A stretch of DNA of 25,844 nucleotides, from positions 1 through 25,844 of the IMG/VR virus record IMGVR_UViG_3300020042_010673; one strand, written 5' to 3'. The number at the start of each line of letters is the position of its first letter. Within the stretch, counting starts at the first letter, position 1. Of this stretch, positions 1 through 8,335 are shown piece after piece. Origin of the DNA: a virus. Lineage: Duplodnaviria > Caudoviricetes. Under the pieces are notes generated by a model. It did no database searches. It was given only the letters and a program-made list of their open reading frames with translations, and was not told where the DNA came from. The position numbers were made by a program, and so were the translations under genes.

Positions 1-105
1 TGTTAGGGTATCCCACCAAGCATCAAAGGCAGCTTCCTCTTGCCGGCCATCCCTTAGGTGCTGAAGATGTGCCTTTTTTCTGCGTTTTGTTGGGTCTGAT
101 GCCAC
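1..105 (-). CDS. Hypothetical protein, N-terminal part (runs off the window)
   Basis: Manual translation from GTG at 105: MASDPTKRRKKAHLQHLRDGRQEEAAFDAWWDTLT, open to the window edge and co-oriented with all other genes. Confidence 0.5.
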   Translation of the reverse strand, partial: MASDPTKRRKKAHLQHLRDGRQEEAAFDAWWDTLT

Positions 106-134
106 TTGATTACATTTCTAACTGTTTATTATCA

Positions 135-476
135 TCAGTCAATCAGGGAGTTTGTCCACAGCTTCCGGGTCTTGTCATAGCTTAGGAAGCCATACCGGAC
201 AGCATAGACCCTAAGCCTTTTAAGTCTGGCCTTGGATGGGTCTAGACCTTGGGCAGTCAGGGCATCAGCCATCAGCTGCTTGCTCTTTAGTGCCTCAAAT
301 GCCCTAGGAAGCCTTTTGATGACTTGGCTGACTGTTGATGCCTTCCGTTCCTTCAAAGCCTTCCTAGAGGCAATCAGGCTATCAAGATTGGCCTTCATAG
401 CTTGGCCGTTAACCTTCCACTGCTTAGACCAATGCTGAAGGCTGGCAAAGTGCCTCTTGGGATTACTCTTGGGCAT
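135..476 (-). CDS. Hypothetical basic protein, possibly DNA-binding
   Basis: 113-aa K/R-rich ORF on the coding strand, downstream of the helicase. Confidence 0.6.
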   Translation of the reverse strand: MPKSNPKRHFASLQHWSKQWKVNGQAMKANLDSLIASRKALKERKASTVSQVIKRLPRAFEALKSKQLMADALTAQGLDPSKARLKRLRVYAVRYGFLSYDKTRKLWTNSLID

Positions 477-505
477 AGAATACCGGCAAAGGGGAAGGGG
501 TTGGG

Positions 506-585
506 TAAAGGCAGCATCCCCTAGGGGCTAGCGAAGCGTTAAAGCCCCAAAGGGGTAATGCCTTTAAATTACCCTTTAGGGTAAT
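506..585. repeat. Cluster of nested inverted repeats, candidate replication origin
   Basis: TAAAGGCA(506-513)/TGCCTTTA(559-566) encloses CCCCTAGGGG(518-527) and CCCC-AAA-GGGG(545-555); followed by ATTACCCT-TT-AGGGTAAT(568-585). The origin role is inferred from position next to the helicase gene. Confidence 0.55.
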
Positions 586-671
586 AGGTCTGTGCCGGCC
601 TAGGATTAGGGCTGACTTAGGGGTGGTCATAGGGAGCTATTAAACGATTAGATAAACACTTTTTCTGTTTA

Positions 672-1991
672 TCATACATCTTCTGAGGGTGGTGGTGCGT
701 TGTTAATCTCCCACTTGATTTCACCCCTGACCTTGCTGTGCCGGATACGCAGTGACTCAGTGAACATCCCTTGGCCATCCCGCATCCCAGCCCGGCCGCC
801 ACGCTTGCCCAGCTTGAAGATGAAGTGGGGCAGCTCTTGGTCTTCCCTACGCAGAATGGCTGTGCTTCTGAACCAATTTGCTAGCTCACTACTGCCGGTG
901 AAATCGTAGGTGGACTGCACATTGCCGTCAGCCTTCTTAGGGGGCTTATTCTGGTGGTGGACTGCGATTAGGGCACACCCTGTCCGCATCAGGCAGGGCT
1001 GAAGAATGTGACGCAGGAAGTGGCTGCAAAATTCTTGCTTGGACACATCCCCACCAGCAAATCCCAGCAGGGGGTCGCACACCAATAAATCTGCACTATG
1101 GGTCTTAACTAGGTCTTCAATCAGCTGGCCAAAAGCATCACCGGTCTTCACTGCTTCCCGGTAGATGAAGACATTTTCAAATAGCATCTGCCGTTCAGCT
1201 GCGGACAGGTGAAGGTCTTTCAGAATGTCCTGCCACTGCTCCCCTAAATCACCCCCATCATTTTCAGATTGCAGCAGGACAATCCGCAAGGGCTTAACCG
1301 GCTTGATGCCCCACAGGGCTTTGCCTAGCGACCAATTAACCAGCATTGATGTTACTAGGGTGGACTTCCCGCAGCCGGCCTGAGCTGAAAAGAGTAGGCT
1401 GCCACCCTTACACAGCCACCGGTTACCAATCAGGTTGTTAGGGTCATTGTGCCGGTCAAAGGCCATCAGGTCTTCTAAGGCCATCCGCTGTGTGGTTGTC
1501 TGGCCTGTGCCGGCTTCCAGCAGGGCTTTGGCTTGGGCTTGGAAGGAAGCTGCCAGCTCACCCGGCTTGAAAGCCCCTGATAGTGCCTTAGCGGTAATGT
1601 CCCGGGCTATGTAGATGAGCTGTCTGGCTTGGTGCTTCTCAGCTAGGATACCGATAGCCGGCTTGATGTTAGGGCTAGGGCTGAACAGGGTTGCCGTCAG
1701 CTCATTGATGTAGGCCACCCCACCGGCTTGGTCTAGGGCTAGGGTGCTGCGTAGGTGGTTGCACAGGGTCAGCTCATCCGGGGCAAGCCCTTCAGCAATC
1801 ATCTGCTGACAGGCTGTGTAGATGGTCTGGTGCTTTGGTTCAAAGAAGCTGGCCGGCTGAAGGTTCAGCTCTGTGCAGGTCTTCAGGATGCCGGCAGACT
1901 GCCCTGCATCCACTAGGATAGATGCAAGCACAGTCCGTTCAGCATCCAAGTCAGAAGGGGGCAGCTGACTTGGGGCTTTGTGTGTGGTCAT
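672..1991 (-). CDS. Replicative helicase: DnaB-like N-terminal domain fused to a RepA/AAA_25-type RecA-fold ATPase
   Basis: N-terminus PPSDLDAERTVLASIL...FFEPKHQTIY...AGGVAYINEL resembles DnaB_N; Walker A AQAGCGKS, LQSEND, Walker B LLVCDPL, VHHQNK and FTGSS motifs typical of RepA-like helicases. Confidence 0.85.
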   Translation of the reverse strand: MTTHKAPSQLPPSDLDAERTVLASILVDAGQSAGILKTCTELNLQPASFFEPKHQTIYTACQQMIAEGLAPDELTLCNHLRSTLALDQAGGVAYINELTATLFSPSPNIKPAIGILAEKHQARQLIYIARDITAKALSGAFKPGELAASFQAQAKALLEAGTGQTTTQRMALEDLMAFDRHNDPNNLIGNRWLCKGGSLLFSAQAGCGKSTLVTSMLVNWSLGKALWGIKPVKPLRIVLLQSENDGGDLGEQWQDILKDLHLSAAERQMLFENVFIYREAVKTGDAFGQLIEDLVKTHSADLLVCDPLLGFAGGDVSKQEFCSHFLRHILQPCLMRTGCALIAVHHQNKPPKKADGNVQSTYDFTGSSELANWFRSTAILRREDQELPHFIFKLGKRGGRAGMRDGQGMFTESLRIRHSKVRGEIKWEINNAPPPSEDV

Positions 1992-2047
1992 TGGGTCTTA
2001 GGTGGCCGGCCAAGCTGCCTTGGGGTGGCAGCCGGTCAACCTATGTT

Positions 2048-2479
2048 TTAGAATTCAGGTGCTTCGTTAGTGTCAACCTGCTGGCCGAAAGGATGAAACT
2101 TGGTGACCTTACAGATGGTCTTGGTAGTGCCGTCATTGAAGGTAACATCTTCCTGCACCACAGTCACCTTCAGCCACTTGCCTTCAGCCTTGGCCAGAAA
2201 GGTCTTCAGACCTTCAGCAGACCGGACAGGCAAGCCAACCTTGTCACCGGTGGCTGTGCCAACAAAGGCAGCAGCACGCTTCAAAGCACCATCAGTGCTG
2301 GCAAAGAAGGTGTCATTGATTTTCTGGCTGTCCTTGGTGGTCATCAGCACCTTGATTTTGGCATCACCCTTCTGGGTGGTGGAAATGTCTTCATCACGGA
2401 TGCGGCAGACCTTCACCACATAGTCACCGGGTGTCTTGATGGCTGTGAGCTTTGGGCGGTTGTCGTTATTGAATGTCAT
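2048..2479 (-). CDS. Probable single-stranded DNA-binding protein (DUF669-like)
   Basis: PGDYVVKV...GKWLKVTV pattern, acidic C-terminal tail ending in F (DTNEAPEF), located in the recombination/replication module. Confidence 0.6.
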   Translation of the reverse strand: MTFNNDNRPKLTAIKTPGDYVVKVCRIRDEDISTTQKGDAKIKVLMTTKDSQKINDTFFASTDGALKRAAAFVGTATGDKVGLPVRSAEGLKTFLAKAEGKWLKVTVVQEDVTFNDGTTKTICKVTKFHPFGQQVDTNEAPEF

Positions 2480-2485
2480 AGGTAG

Positions 2486-2746
2486 TTATTGGTTAGTTTC
2501 GTTGGTGAAAGGTTTAACAGTCAGGCTGCCATCATTCAGCAGCTGCTGAAGCAGGATGGCGGTTGCCGGGTTGTCTGTGGTGACAAACCCATTGCCGCTG
2601 TAAAGGTATTGCTTCCCAAAGGTAATGCCCTTGGTGGTGTCAGTGTTTGCAGGTGGGTTAGGGCAGTGAAAGAAGTAGGCCGGCTGCTTGTTGTCACCCT
2701 TTGGCTGGATGATTTCAGCCACCCAGATTTTGCGTTTGGTGTCCAT
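2486..2746 (-). CDS. Hypothetical protein
   Basis: 86-aa ORF; start overlaps the exonuclease stop codon (TGATG). Confidence 0.7.
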   Translation of the reverse strand: MDTKRKIWVAEIIQPKGDNKQPAYFFHCPNPPANTDTTKGITFGKQYLYSGNGFVTTDNPATAILLQQLLNDGSLTVKPFTNETNQ

Positions 2747-3624
2747 CAGGCAAAGGTGATAGCGTCCACTTCGTCCTTGGACTTATAAGGTTCAAGGATG
2801 GTGATTTGCTTTGGGTAGGCCGGCCAGCTGTTGAAGGCAGTGCAAGCCTTGAAGCTTTCAAAGGTCTGCATCACTTGTGCCATCCCTTCGGCCAGCAGCT
2901 CACCACTGATTTCATAGACCCCGGTTGCGTTAGGGGTGGCCTTCTCTACGCACACCATCCGGAAACCCTTAGCCCGGATGCCAAAGACCTGCTTGAACAG
3001 AAGGCAATAATAGGCGGCCTGATACTGATAGCCCCACTTATAGACTGAGCTGCGGACTGTGTAGCTGCTCAAACGCTTCTCAAAAGTTTTCAGGTCATAA
3101 ATCCAACCATCTTCAGAAATCAAATCCAGCTGACCCTTCAGGGCAATGCCGTCATAGGTGCAGGTTAGGGACAGCTCTTGTGCCACCGGCTTGACCCCCC
3201 AATGTTTCATTTCAGCGGACAGGGCTAGTCCCATCTTCAGGGCAGCTTCCTGTTCATCAGCATCAACAATGGTCTTACCCTTGGCCTGTTCATTGAAGTT
3301 ATCCCACCAAGCAATTGCCTCAAGCGTTTCAGCCTTGGGCTTCTTAGCGTTACGCTGCTTGTCAGTAGGCTTCTTAGGGGCATCTTCAGGGACAGTAATT
3401 AGCTGGGTGCTGAACAGCTCCGGTTCAAGGGTGGCCAGATGCACTAGCGTTCCCATCCGCAGGGCTGCGGTTTCCTTCCGGGGACTGTTAAGGTAGTCTT
3501 TGAAATGGAAGGGTGAAACCAATAGGAGCTTGCCGGCAGATTGGTTCAGGCCGGGGCAAGCATCATAGTCAGCCCTAGTCCAATTAGCAGTGGGCAGTGC
3601 GTTAATCATTTCTTTAGTTATCAT
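2746..3624 (-). CDS. PD-(D/E)XK exonuclease, RecE/exonuclease VIII-like (DUF3799-type)
   Basis: LNQSAGKLL, GTLVHLATLEP, LKGQLDLI, IYDLKT and YQYQAAYY motifs. Start reassigned to ATG 3624 (MITKEM) because the longer ORF start overlaps the upstream gene. Confidence 0.88.
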   Translation of the reverse strand: MITKEMINALPTANWTRADYDACPGLNQSAGKLLLVSPFHFKDYLNSPRKETAALRMGTLVHLATLEPELFSTQLITVPEDAPKKPTDKQRNAKKPKAETLEAIAWWDNFNEQAKGKTIVDADEQEAALKMGLALSAEMKHWGVKPVAQELSLTCTYDGIALKGQLDLISEDGWIYDLKTFEKRLSSYTVRSSVYKWGYQYQAAYYCLLFKQVFGIRAKGFRMVCVEKATPNATGVYEISGELLAEGMAQVMQTFESFKACTAFNSWPAYPKQITILEPYKSKDEVDAITFA

Positions 3625-3859
3625 TGGTGGGGGTGGGTTTGGATTTGGTGGGTTTGCAGAAAGGGAAATCAATGAAGCCGGTGTTGGCCAGCTGGCAGAA
3701 TAGGGCAGCATCCGTCTTGGTGTCGAACCTAAGCAGCATACCATCCCAAGAGAGGAAGCCGGGGCTGTGCTTGAACATCCCACCGGTTACCAAGATGAAG
3801 TGCTTGGTGCTGCCGTTGCTGTCCCGGCCTTCTTCAGTCTTGTAGGTTGGGTTAGCCAT
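3614..3859 (-). CDS. Hypothetical protein
   Basis: 81-aa ORF with short overlaps to both neighbours. Confidence 0.65.
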   Translation of the reverse strand: MANPTYKTEEGRDSNGSTKHFILVTGGMFKHSPGFLSWDGMLLRFDTKTDAALFCQLANTGFIDFPFCKPTKSKPTPTNDN

Positions 3860-4061
3860 TGGGGTATTTCTTCCGGTAGGCTGCGGCCTGACGCTCTAGG
3901 GCATCAACCCGGTTACGCAGCTCCCTGTTATCCCAATCAAGCTGACGGCAGATGCTGGCCATTTCTTTCTGCCGGCCAAGTAGGTCAGCCATAATGTCTA
4001 GGATTTGACGCAGCTTAGACTCAGGCTGTCTTTCCATTGGGTCTGGTGTATTATCAACCAT
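3852..4061 (-). CDS. Hypothetical coiled-coil protein
   Basis: 69 aa, heptad-like LDWDNRELRNRVDALERQ; 8-nt overlaps with neighbours. Confidence 0.7.
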   Translation of the reverse strand: MVDNTPDPMERQPESKLRQILDIMADLLGRQKEMASICRQLDWDNRELRNRVDALERQAAAYRKKYPNG

Positions 4062-4272
4062 TTCGGTTTTTGGTGAAGTGGTTGATGTTCAATGGTTGGT
4101 TGGAAAAGCAGGCTTTTAGGATGGCTTCCACAGATGCAAGGCGGGACTTAAGTTTTTCAAAGTCCTGCCAACTTACATAGTCACCAGCTGGGGCATTTTG
4201 CTTATCATCTTTAGCTTCCAAGTAATTGTCATAGGGAACAGGATGATAGGTGTAACGCTTAGGGTCTTTCAT
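4054..4272 (-). CDS. Hypothetical protein
   Basis: 72 aa; ATGA overlap with the upstream gene; GDYVSWQDFEKL pattern. Confidence 0.7.
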   Translation of the reverse strand: MKDPKRYTYHPVPYDNYLEAKDDKQNAPAGDYVSWQDFEKLKSRLASVEAILKACFSNQPLNINHFTKNRNG

Positions 4273-4478
4273 TTCTTTGTCAGGGTGCGGATGGTCTTAA
4301 TCAGGTTGTCAGCAGCAGTCCTTTCTTCCCGGGAATAAAAGAAAGCCCGGTCAGCAAGGATAGCCAAGGCACAGGCAGCGTCTTTCCACACAGCCAATTC
4401 AGCTTGGGTGTCTTGATGCTGCTTGGCCTGTGCTTCCAAGGCAGCGTCAGCCAGCTTGATTGGGATAAGGTTACCCAT
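4269..4478 (-). CDS. Hypothetical protein
   Basis: ATG 4478 (MGNLIPIK) overlaps the ERF stop by 8 nt; 69 aa. Confidence 0.7.
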   Translation of the reverse strand: MGNLIPIKLADAALEAQAKQHQDTQAELAVWKDAACALAILADRAFFYSREERTAADNLIKTIRTLTKK

Positions 4479-5214
4479 TGTTAACTGCCTCAATAAAGGC
4501 TTGGGTCATCTTAGGGTTGCCGGTCAGCATAGTCACCTTGTCTTCAGGGAGGAATTCCAGCAGCTCACCTTCAGCCAGCCAACCCTTCTTCCAAAGGATA
4601 GCTTCAGCTGCCTTCAGCTGTGCAACAGTGGTAATGCCAATGCCTTCCCACCACTTGCCAGCAGAAGCGTCAGGCTGGGGCTTCTGGATAGGCTTAAAGG
4701 GCTTAGGATAGGCAGGGGCTTGGTAGCTCTTGCCGGTGGCTGTGTTGCCGTCATCATCAGTGGTGTCTGTGTCAGCACTGATGCCGGTAATGGTGCTGAT
4801 GGCATAGCGTCTAAGATAAGTGGTGATGCTACCCAGCTGCTGAAGGTTAGTGCCTTCAGACTTCACAGCCAATTCACCAAAGTCAAACCGGTGGCCGGAT
4901 GCGTGCAGCACTTCAGTCTTCAGGGCAATCCGGGTTTCAGTGGTGTAAGGGGTCTGAAGGATGGTTAGGCCATATTTCAGAAAGACCGGTTTAACTTCAG
5001 CCAAAAGGTCACTTAGCCCAAAATACTTGGACTTGAAATGTGGGTTAAACTTTTCAGCTGCCACGTTAGAACAATGGTTCACGGCCAGAACCAAGGCTTC
5101 ATTAGGGGTGAGCTGCTTGGCAGCTTCACTGATGCCTTCAAAGGCTGTGGTGGTGGAAGGCAACAGCTGTTGGCTGGCCGGCTGGTTTTCGTTTTGGTCT
5201 TTGGTTTTTTTCAT
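4471..5214 (-). CDS. erf: ERF-family single-strand annealing protein
   Basis: NPHFKSKY and QQLGSITTYLRRYAI...DDDGN, the ERF signature motifs. Confidence 0.9.
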   Translation of the reverse strand: MKKTKDQNENQPASQQLLPSTTTAFEGISEAAKQLTPNEALVLAVNHCSNVAAEKFNPHFKSKYFGLSDLLAEVKPVFLKYGLTILQTPYTTETRIALKTEVLHASGHRFDFGELAVKSEGTNLQQLGSITTYLRRYAISTITGISADTDTTDDDGNTATGKSYQAPAYPKPFKPIQKPQPDASAGKWWEGIGITTVAQLKAAEAILWKKGWLAEGELLEFLPEDKVTMLTGNPKMTQAFIEAVNNG

Positions 5215-5233
5215 TGGTGTTAGGGGAAAGGTG

Positions 5234-5305
5234 AGCCACAGGCCGGACTTGAACCGGCAGCCACCTGTTTACAAAACAGGTGCACAACCATTGTGCTACT
5301 GTGGC
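5234..5305 (-). tRNA. tRNA-Thr(UGU), CCA not encoded
   Basis: Cloverleaf: acceptor GCCACAG/CTGTGGC, D stem GCAC/GTGC, anticodon arm CCTGT-TTTGTAA-ACAGG, T arm GCCGG-TTCAAGT-CCGGC, discriminator T followed by CAC. Confidence 0.93.
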
Positions 5306-5315
5306 AGTCGGGTGT

Positions 5316-5525
5316 TCAGGACTTCTTTTCAGTCTTCTCAGTGATGGACAGGAAAGCAGCAAGGCTTTCAACATTGTTCAGGTTAACACGCTTGGTCTGG
5401 CCGGCAGTGCCTGTGCCCAAATTCCAAAGGGGCTGACCCTTGTGGATGATGGGCTTGAGCTTCCGGGCAACAGTGCCACAGGGAAGGATGACATACTGTG
5501 TGTTTCCAATCGGTTTGATTTCCAT
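5316..5525 (-). CDS. Hypothetical protein
   Basis: 69 aa; C/A-rich leader AAACCTATG like other genes in the window. Confidence 0.7.
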   Translation of the reverse strand: MEIKPIGNTQYVILPCGTVARKLKPIIHKGQPLWNLGTGTAGQTKRVNLNNVESLAAFLSITEKTEKKS

Positions 5526-5539
5526 AGGTTTGGTGAGGG

Positions 5540-6013
5540 TTAAGGTTGCGTGGTAAAGGCATAGTCCAACAGCAGCAGGGCATCTGCCGTTGCCAGCGTC
5601 AGGTTATCAAGCCCGGGATACCTGCGTGAAGCTTCTGCCTTCAATGCGGACTTCCACCGGCTTTGGGTCAGGCTGCCCTTGGCAATCCCAAGCCGGCTTT
5701 GCCAGACCTGTGGGGCAACCAAGATAACCCGGTGCTGCCGGCCAGCAGCCCAACCTTCCAGCCATCCGCAGGACTTGCCTAGCTTAAAGGCAGCACTGCT
5801 TGGGATTAGCCGGCCGACAAAGGGAGGGACTTTCTCAATGAAGACCACAGCCCCAAATGGGATGAGCTGTGCCAGCTCAGCCGGGTCAGCAGGTATCTTG
5901 TGCAGCTTGATGTTAAGCTTCCCATCTGTCAGGGTTGCTACGGCCACACCACCGGAAGCACCGGGGTCAATGGCAGCAACGGCAGGGAAGTTATCTAGAA
6001 GGCTAATTTTCAA
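5540..6013 (-). CDS. ruvC: RuvC-like Holliday junction resolvase
   Basis: AAIDPGASGGVA, VFIEKV, SAAFKLG, PQVWQ and ADALLL motifs of phage RuvC; TTG start. Confidence 0.88.
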   Translation of the reverse strand: MKISLLDNFPAVAAIDPGASGGVAVATLTDGKLNIKLHKIPADPAELAQLIPFGAVVFIEKVPPFVGRLIPSSAAFKLGKSCGWLEGWAAGRQHRVILVAPQVWQSRLGIAKGSLTQSRWKSALKAEASRRYPGLDNLTLATADALLLLDYAFTTQP

Positions 6014-6021
6014 GGGAAGGA

Positions 6022-6453
6022 TTATCTAAGCAGCTTGGATTTACGCTGGGTAATGGCAGGGCAACGCTCTATGTCAAATCCCCTTTTCCGGTATCCACTG
6101 AAGCCAAGATTATGGATGGCATAAAGGTCAACCAGCGTAGCCGGCCGGCCTGTGACTTCCTTAAACCGGGCTGCATTGATAGACAGCCAGCTGTGCAGGT
6201 AGTCCCTAGCCACTGCCCCATCAAGGGCTTTGTGATAAGGGTAGGCCGGCAGACCCTGCTTGATACGCCAAGCGGATGTGTCCTGCCAAGCTGCGTAGTG
6301 AAACTGTGCCAGCCCAAGCCCAGCACCTTTGTCACCCCGGGCTGAAGGGTTGCCACTGCTTTCAATGGTAATGACCTTATCAAGCATAGCTTGGGTAATG
6401 GTGGCTTTGGTCACGCTGCACATCAGCAATAGTGGTAGCACAAAGTTTCTCAT
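6022..6453 (-). CDS. Lysozyme-fold lytic transglycosylase with N-terminal signal peptide
   Basis: IESSGNPSARGD..GLGLAQF catalytic motif, AIHNLG motif; start reassigned to MRNFVLPLLLMCSVTKA (ATGA overlap with the upstream stop). Confidence 0.82.
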   Translation of the reverse strand: MRNFVLPLLLMCSVTKATITQAMLDKVITIESSGNPSARGDKGAGLGLAQFHYAAWQDTSAWRIKQGLPAYPYHKALDGAVARDYLHSWLSINAARFKEVTGRPATLVDLYAIHNLGFSGYRKRGFDIERCPAITQRKSKLLR

Positions 6454-6758
6454 TTGCGGACAGGCATTGAATAGCCCTTCTGCACTTCGCCATCTTCCCA
6501 AGTCAGCCGGTAGCTCAGGGCGAGAAAGCCACCATAGGCAATGTGTGCATCAAGCCAGACTTCTTTGATGAAGGGCAGGGACTTCAGGTGCTGTTCCTCA
6601 TCAGCCAGCATAGCCTTGGCTTTCTTAAGCACACCCTTTTCTGTTAGGTCACCTTGCAGCAGCCGGTCATTCAGATAATAGAATTCCTGAAGCACATTGT
6701 GCAGGGTGAAGGTAGCTAGGTCTTTGCTCACTTGGGGTGGGGGTGGGTTGTAATTCAT
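6450..6758 (-). CDS. Hypothetical protein
   Basis: 102 aa from CCCT-ATG at 6758 (MNYNPPPP). Confidence 0.7.
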   Translation of the reverse strand: MNYNPPPPQVSKDLATFTLHNVLQEFYYLNDRLLQGDLTEKGVLKKAKAMLADEEQHLKSLPFIKEVWLDAHIAYGGFLALSYRLTWEDGEVQKGYSMPVRK

Positions 6759-6792
6759 AGGGTTGTCAAAGGTTAGGGGTGGGCAAGCCTTC

Positions 6793-7659
6793 TCACTTAT
6801 CCCACCGGATGCAGACAAGGTGGGGGTGACGCATAGACCCTGAAGGGGTGAGCTGCTGGCAAGCTACTTCGGCCGTCTTGCCGATGTAGTTACCGGGGTT
6901 ATCATACAGGTCTAGACGCAGGGCATCATCTAAGCCTGACCCTACGGCAACCATAGTGCCTTGGTGGTTAACCAGCATAGCACCGGCAGCACCATCATAG
7001 CGGCCTTTGCCGGGGGTGAAGCCAATAATGGTGCAGTCATAGGTTTCAGAATTCTTCAGCTTCAGCCAAGCCTTAGTCCGCTTGCCGGCAGCGTAGGTGC
7101 TGTGAATGTTCTTAAGCATCACACCTTCCCAGCCTAAACCGATGGCCGTATCAAGCAAAGCTTCAGGGTCAATGGCTTCACCATCGGTAACTTCAAAGAC
7201 CGGGACTAGCAGGACACCATCAGCAGCCAAGTCATCTTGGCCGGCCTTGGTGAACAGGTCACACAGCATTTCCCTTCTGGCAAAGTAGGGGATAGCTTCA
7301 GCTTCAATGTGGTCTTCAATGGCCGGCACATCAAAGACAGCCAGCCTTGCCAGCTCAGCTTCACCGGTCTTCTTCATCAGCTCACCTACCCCGGTGAAGA
7401 AGTCACCTTGGGCAAGGGCTTCACAGTCTAGGCAGAAGGTCTTACCAACCTGCTTGCCAAGACGCAGCAGGGCAGGGGTCAGCTTGCCTAGGCTGGTGAT
7501 GGCATTGCCGTTCCGGGTTTCATAGGTGACCCAGCCTTGGCTGGGGTTGATGGTGACAATGACCCGGATGCCATCCAGCTTGGGTTCAACAGCCCACACA
7601 GTGCCGGGCTTGAAGTCACCGGTGCAGCTGCTGGCCAGCATTGGCTTGATAGGTAGCAT
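6793..7659 (-). CDS. lig: ATP-dependent DNA ligase (minimal adenylation + OB-fold)
   Basis: EPKLDGIR (KxDG), LDCE, FDV, EGVMLK, WLKLK, VGSG and IRWDK motifs. Start reassigned to ATG 7659 (MLPIKPMLA). Confidence 0.93.
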   Translation of the reverse strand: MLPIKPMLASSCTGDFKPGTVWAVEPKLDGIRVIVTINPSQGWVTYETRNGNAITSLGKLTPALLRLGKQVGKTFCLDCEALAQGDFFTGVGELMKKTGEAELARLAVFDVPAIEDHIEAEAIPYFARREMLCDLFTKAGQDDLAADGVLLVPVFEVTDGEAIDPEALLDTAIGLGWEGVMLKNIHSTYAAGKRTKAWLKLKNSETYDCTIIGFTPGKGRYDGAAGAMLVNHQGTMVAVGSGLDDALRLDLYDNPGNYIGKTAEVACQQLTPSGSMRHPHLVCIRWDK

Positions 7660-7664
7660 AGGGA

Positions 7665-7853
7665 TTACTTCCGTTTGCTGGTGAACAGGGAACACAGGCT
7701 GACCCCAAGGATGACCGGGATGAGGATAGTGAGGAAGAAAAGGGCAATGCCGTAGCAGCCCTGTTCATAGTCAGCCGGGGTAAGGGGCTTGTCATAGGAA
7801 GCCCGGTGGTTAGCCGGGGTGGTGGTGTGTGCTTTCATAGTGCGGATGGTCAT
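7665..7853 (-). CDS. Small early membrane protein
   Basis: One hydrophobic helix (GIALFFLTILIPVILGVSLCSLF) and a basic C-terminus; start may be the second Met. Confidence 0.7.
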   Translation of the reverse strand: MTIRTMKAHTTTPANHRASYDKPLTPADYEQGCYGIALFFLTILIPVILGVSLCSLFTSKRK

Positions 7854-8096
7854 AGGGAAATTACTTGGTCACCCGGTGGCCGTAGGTTTGATGTTCCAAA
7901 CGGCACTGCCATTCAAGGCTAGCTAGCATCTGGTTAACTACCTTCCGCTTCAGGGCATTGGGCTTCTGGCCAAGGCTGTTCAGCCAGAAGATAGCCCGGT
8001 GCTTGGTGGCAGGAAGCACCCCCGGCAGGGCAAGGGCTTCAGTGATGGTGTGGGTTTTCATAGGTTGGGTGGTCATAGGGAAATTACTTGGTCACC
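7847..8096. repeat. 27-bp perfect direct repeat at two consecutive gene junctions
   Basis: TGGTCATAGGGAAATTACTTGGTCACC at 7847-7873 and 8070-8096. Confidence 0.95.
7861..8076 (-). CDS. Small early hypothetical protein
   Basis: 71 aa, bounded by the 27-bp repeats; ends VTK*. Confidence 0.7.
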   Translation of the reverse strand: MTTQPMKTHTITEALALPGVLPATKHRAIFWLNSLGQKPNALKRKVVNQMLASLEWQCRLEHQTYGHRVTK

Positions 8097-8299
8097 GGGG
8101 CTACGCTGGAAAGGAATTTCTTAATGCCGGCCAGCGTGGACTCAGACCCGGACTGCTGGCCACCACCATTGTCAGTGGCAAAGCCGGGCTTAAGATTGAT
8201 GAAGTAAGTCTTACGGCCAAAGTCTGACTCAATAAGGATTTCAGAAACGGCAGGATTAGACTTAAGGATTTGCAGGGTAGTCATAGGGCGGGTGGTCAT
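8084..8299 (-). CDS. Small early hypothetical protein
   Basis: 71 aa, YFINLKPGF pattern; ends VTK*. Confidence 0.72.
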   Translation of the reverse strand: MTTRPMTTLQILKSNPAVSEILIESDFGRKTYFINLKPGFATDNGGGQQSGSESTLAGIKKFLSSVAPVTK

Positions 8300-8306
8300 A
8301 GGTGAT

Positions 8307-8335
8307 AAATTGGATGGTCAGGGCAGGGTTGTCAA
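8307..8335 (-). promoter_or_regulatory. Sigma70-type early promoter, likely leaderless transcript
   Basis: TTGACA-N17-CAATTT, then 7 nt to the ATG at 8299. Confidence 0.6.

Noticed and set aside
463-630. 55-codon minus-strand ORF (MTTPKSALIL...) sharing the CCCTATGACCACC start of early genes
   Set aside because: It runs through the palindrome cluster and has no protein-like features; may be real but is not supportable.
5234-5305. tRNA as attP site or prophage boundary
   Set aside because: Phage genes continue on both sides, there is no duplicated tRNA 3' end and no integrase in the window.
6759-6770. TTTGACAACCCT, identical to the -35 region at 8325-8336, as a promoter
   Set aside because: No -10 at the proper spacing and the ATG follows immediately; possibly a remnant of the early repeats.
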